A stretch of DNA of 64,000 nt from Eledone cirrhosa (Eukaryota): assembly GCA_964016885.1 (NCBI GenBank), contig OZ024741.1:29822001-29886000 (forward strand). The letters are read 5' to 3'. Both the position numbers and the translations under genes were made by a program. The notes under the pieces were generated by a model. The model was not told the DNA's origin, did no database searches, and saw only the letters and a list, made by a program, of their open reading frames with translations. Of this stretch, positions 61,674 to 64,000 are shown one piece after another; within the stretch, counting starts at the first letter, position 1; every line of letters starts with the position of its first letter.

Positions 61674-62816
61674 TTAGGAGAGACGGGTGTATGGATAATC
61701 GGGACAGCGGCGCCAAGCAGTTTCGGTTTGTGTGCTCAGCAAGCATTTCAAAGGGTCTTGTCATTGTCCATATTTATACATGTACCTGCCACAATTATGG
61801 AATTATTACTTAGAGATTATCTGCATTGCGGGGACTTTTCAAGATGTAAGCATATTTTGCAATCTCGCTTACTCCACCCCTTCCTCTCTCTAAATACACA
61901 CACACACACACACACATACACACATTAGGTATTAGGATTGGTGCTTTGAAATAGCGATGTATACATGAATGTATGTATAGTATATTTGGCATTATACCGT
62001 ATGTTTAATTAAAAACATTTTGAAGACCATACGCTATCGGTTTTAAATTAGTGACTATGTCACTTCTTTTCGGCGAAAGGAGGAGAGAAGCGAACAGCTT
62101 GTAGATAGTTAATAGCTAGAGATTTTCACGCATAGGAAACATATCTCATGATCTTTCGATTACAGAGTCAGGTTCGATCAATAATGGGTCTTTCCATGAG
62201 CTGATCGATAGTGAAACATATGTAATATGTTATTAAATATGTTATGATGCAACACTGAATCCTTGTTCCTTTATTCTTACTAGCAGAAAAACCACCATTC
62301 GGGTCGTGTTCTGCTAGCATGTGTAGTGTGTATATTGACATTATACGCAAGTATATATGCATATAAATATGATACATCAAATAAAATCGTAACTGACAAT
62401 ATATAATACACAGAAATTGAACGAAGACTGTGTTACACTGTCTTATGTAATCAGTAACGTAATCCACGATACATTAAACACGACAATATTATATATAACA
62501 GAACTATATGAATATTTATTTAAACGATCACTAACTGGAAGTGTTGACATTTAAAAGTTTTAAGGAAGTGAATCTTTAAATAAGTAATAACATATATTTA
62601 ATGAACAGCCACGAAATTTAGTAGATAAATCATGTAATATTCATTCATTATTTATTCAAAGTAATCAAACTTATTTTACTAAGGGGATAAAAAGTTATAA
62701 ACCGTACGCAGTCGCGATTCTTACTTTATTATAGTTTAGATAGTATCATACTCTGCTGTGCGCGAGCATCGAGTGCTCAACCGGCATACCACCTACGGAC
62801 GCAAGTTTTCTTGCCA

Positions 62817-62903
<87 letters not shown>

Positions 62904-62993
62904 ATATATATATATATATATATATATATAGTGTAATATATAGATATAGATAAATAGATAGATATAGATATAAATATAGCTATACACACAGAA

Positions 62994-63037
<44 letters not shown>

Positions 63038-63097
63038 TTCTGTGTGTATAGCTATATTTATATCTATATCTATCTATTTATCTATATCTATATATTA

Positions 63098-64000
63098 CAC
63101 TGGGCAGCATTTTCTTATTTGGTGCCTCAAATATTTCAACGAATTCTGAAGTAATGTTTTCCTGCTAAATTCAGAAATAACGTCAGTTTTTCTCTATCAG
63201 GTTTAGTTTTCTGACTAGACCTGATAGAGTAAGTATTTTATTCATACAAGAGGCATATAACGTGAATCAATAGAGAGAGAGCGTAATACAAAACAAAACA
63301 AAGTACAAAGAAAAATTCAAAATTGAAAATACACTTTGGCAAAGATTTTTGGCAGAAAATTCAAGGAATAATTTTACGCTTCTTTGTGCATCTTGAATGT
63401 TGAGCAACAGGTGTATCCCATTTTAAACACCAACAATAGTCTGCTATCATCACAGCGTCCCAACGTCCTTGGTACCGAGTTCCCATCTCCTTGATGTCCT
63501 GATGGAATCGTTCGCCTTGTTCATCGCTAACAGCTCCGAGATTTTCAGGAAAACGATCAAGATGACTAAAATAATAATACATTCTGATGTTTATATTTGC
63601 GCCAATATCACGAACAGTTGATATAAAGTTGGTAACAAGGTCTTTATAGTTTTCACTTTTGTGAAATGATATTTTGCACTACATCTGCAAAGGCAAGCCA
63701 AGCTGATGCTTCATTTTCGCTCATCGTTTTCACGAAATTTGTGTCCTTCAAGAGCTTAGGGATCTGTGATCCATCAAAAATCCCTGCTTTACGTTTTTCA
63801 ATCGTGAAGTCTGGAAATACACTGCAGATATACTTGAAGCACTCCCCATTTTTGTCCAGAGCTTTGACGAATTGCTTGATCAATCCGAGTTTGATGTGCA
63901 AAGGGGGGGAAATGATCTAATCTCGCTCAACTAAAGGTTCTTCCAATATATTGGCAGCTCTACATGGAGCCATATTTTTTCGAGGCGGCCAGTCTTTCTT
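63098..64000 (-). mobile_element. Chapaev3-type (CMC superfamily) DNA transposon, 3' part, frameshifted transposase
   Basis: LHIKLGLIKQFVKAL...GIFDG and SHLDRFPENLGAVSDEQGERFHQDI...RYQG.W...ADYCW. Terminus is CAC at 63098, flanked by TTA. Confidence 0.8.

Overview
Eukaryotic, AT-rich, repeat-saturated window with no host gene I can support. The (TA)n/(CA)n density and the tRNA-SINE types suggest an octopus or other cephalopod genome, which is an inference only. It holds two decayed Tx1-clade L1-like LINEs plus a 3' stub, CR1-group and RTE fragments, a decayed Helitron, mariner and Chapaev3 transposase remnants, tRNA-derived SINEs and several Penelope-like (PLE) RT/GIY-YIG fragments. The main unexplained structure is a set of about 18 short (0.2-3 kb) fold-back or partial-tandem elements, nearly all embedded in (TA)n. 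They fall into many sequence-unrelated families, and most carry a readable type I hammerhead ribozyme (HHR). Many also share a covarying bulged hairpin (ACTC-stem-loop-stem-bulge-GAGTRCTY) between the HHR and the element 3' end. One family forms a ~470-bp tandem array in which each unit has an octamer/PSE-like/TATA cassette directly upstream of the HHR, as in a retrozyme or satellite 2. All coordinates and pairings were read by eye, so ends may be off by a few bases.
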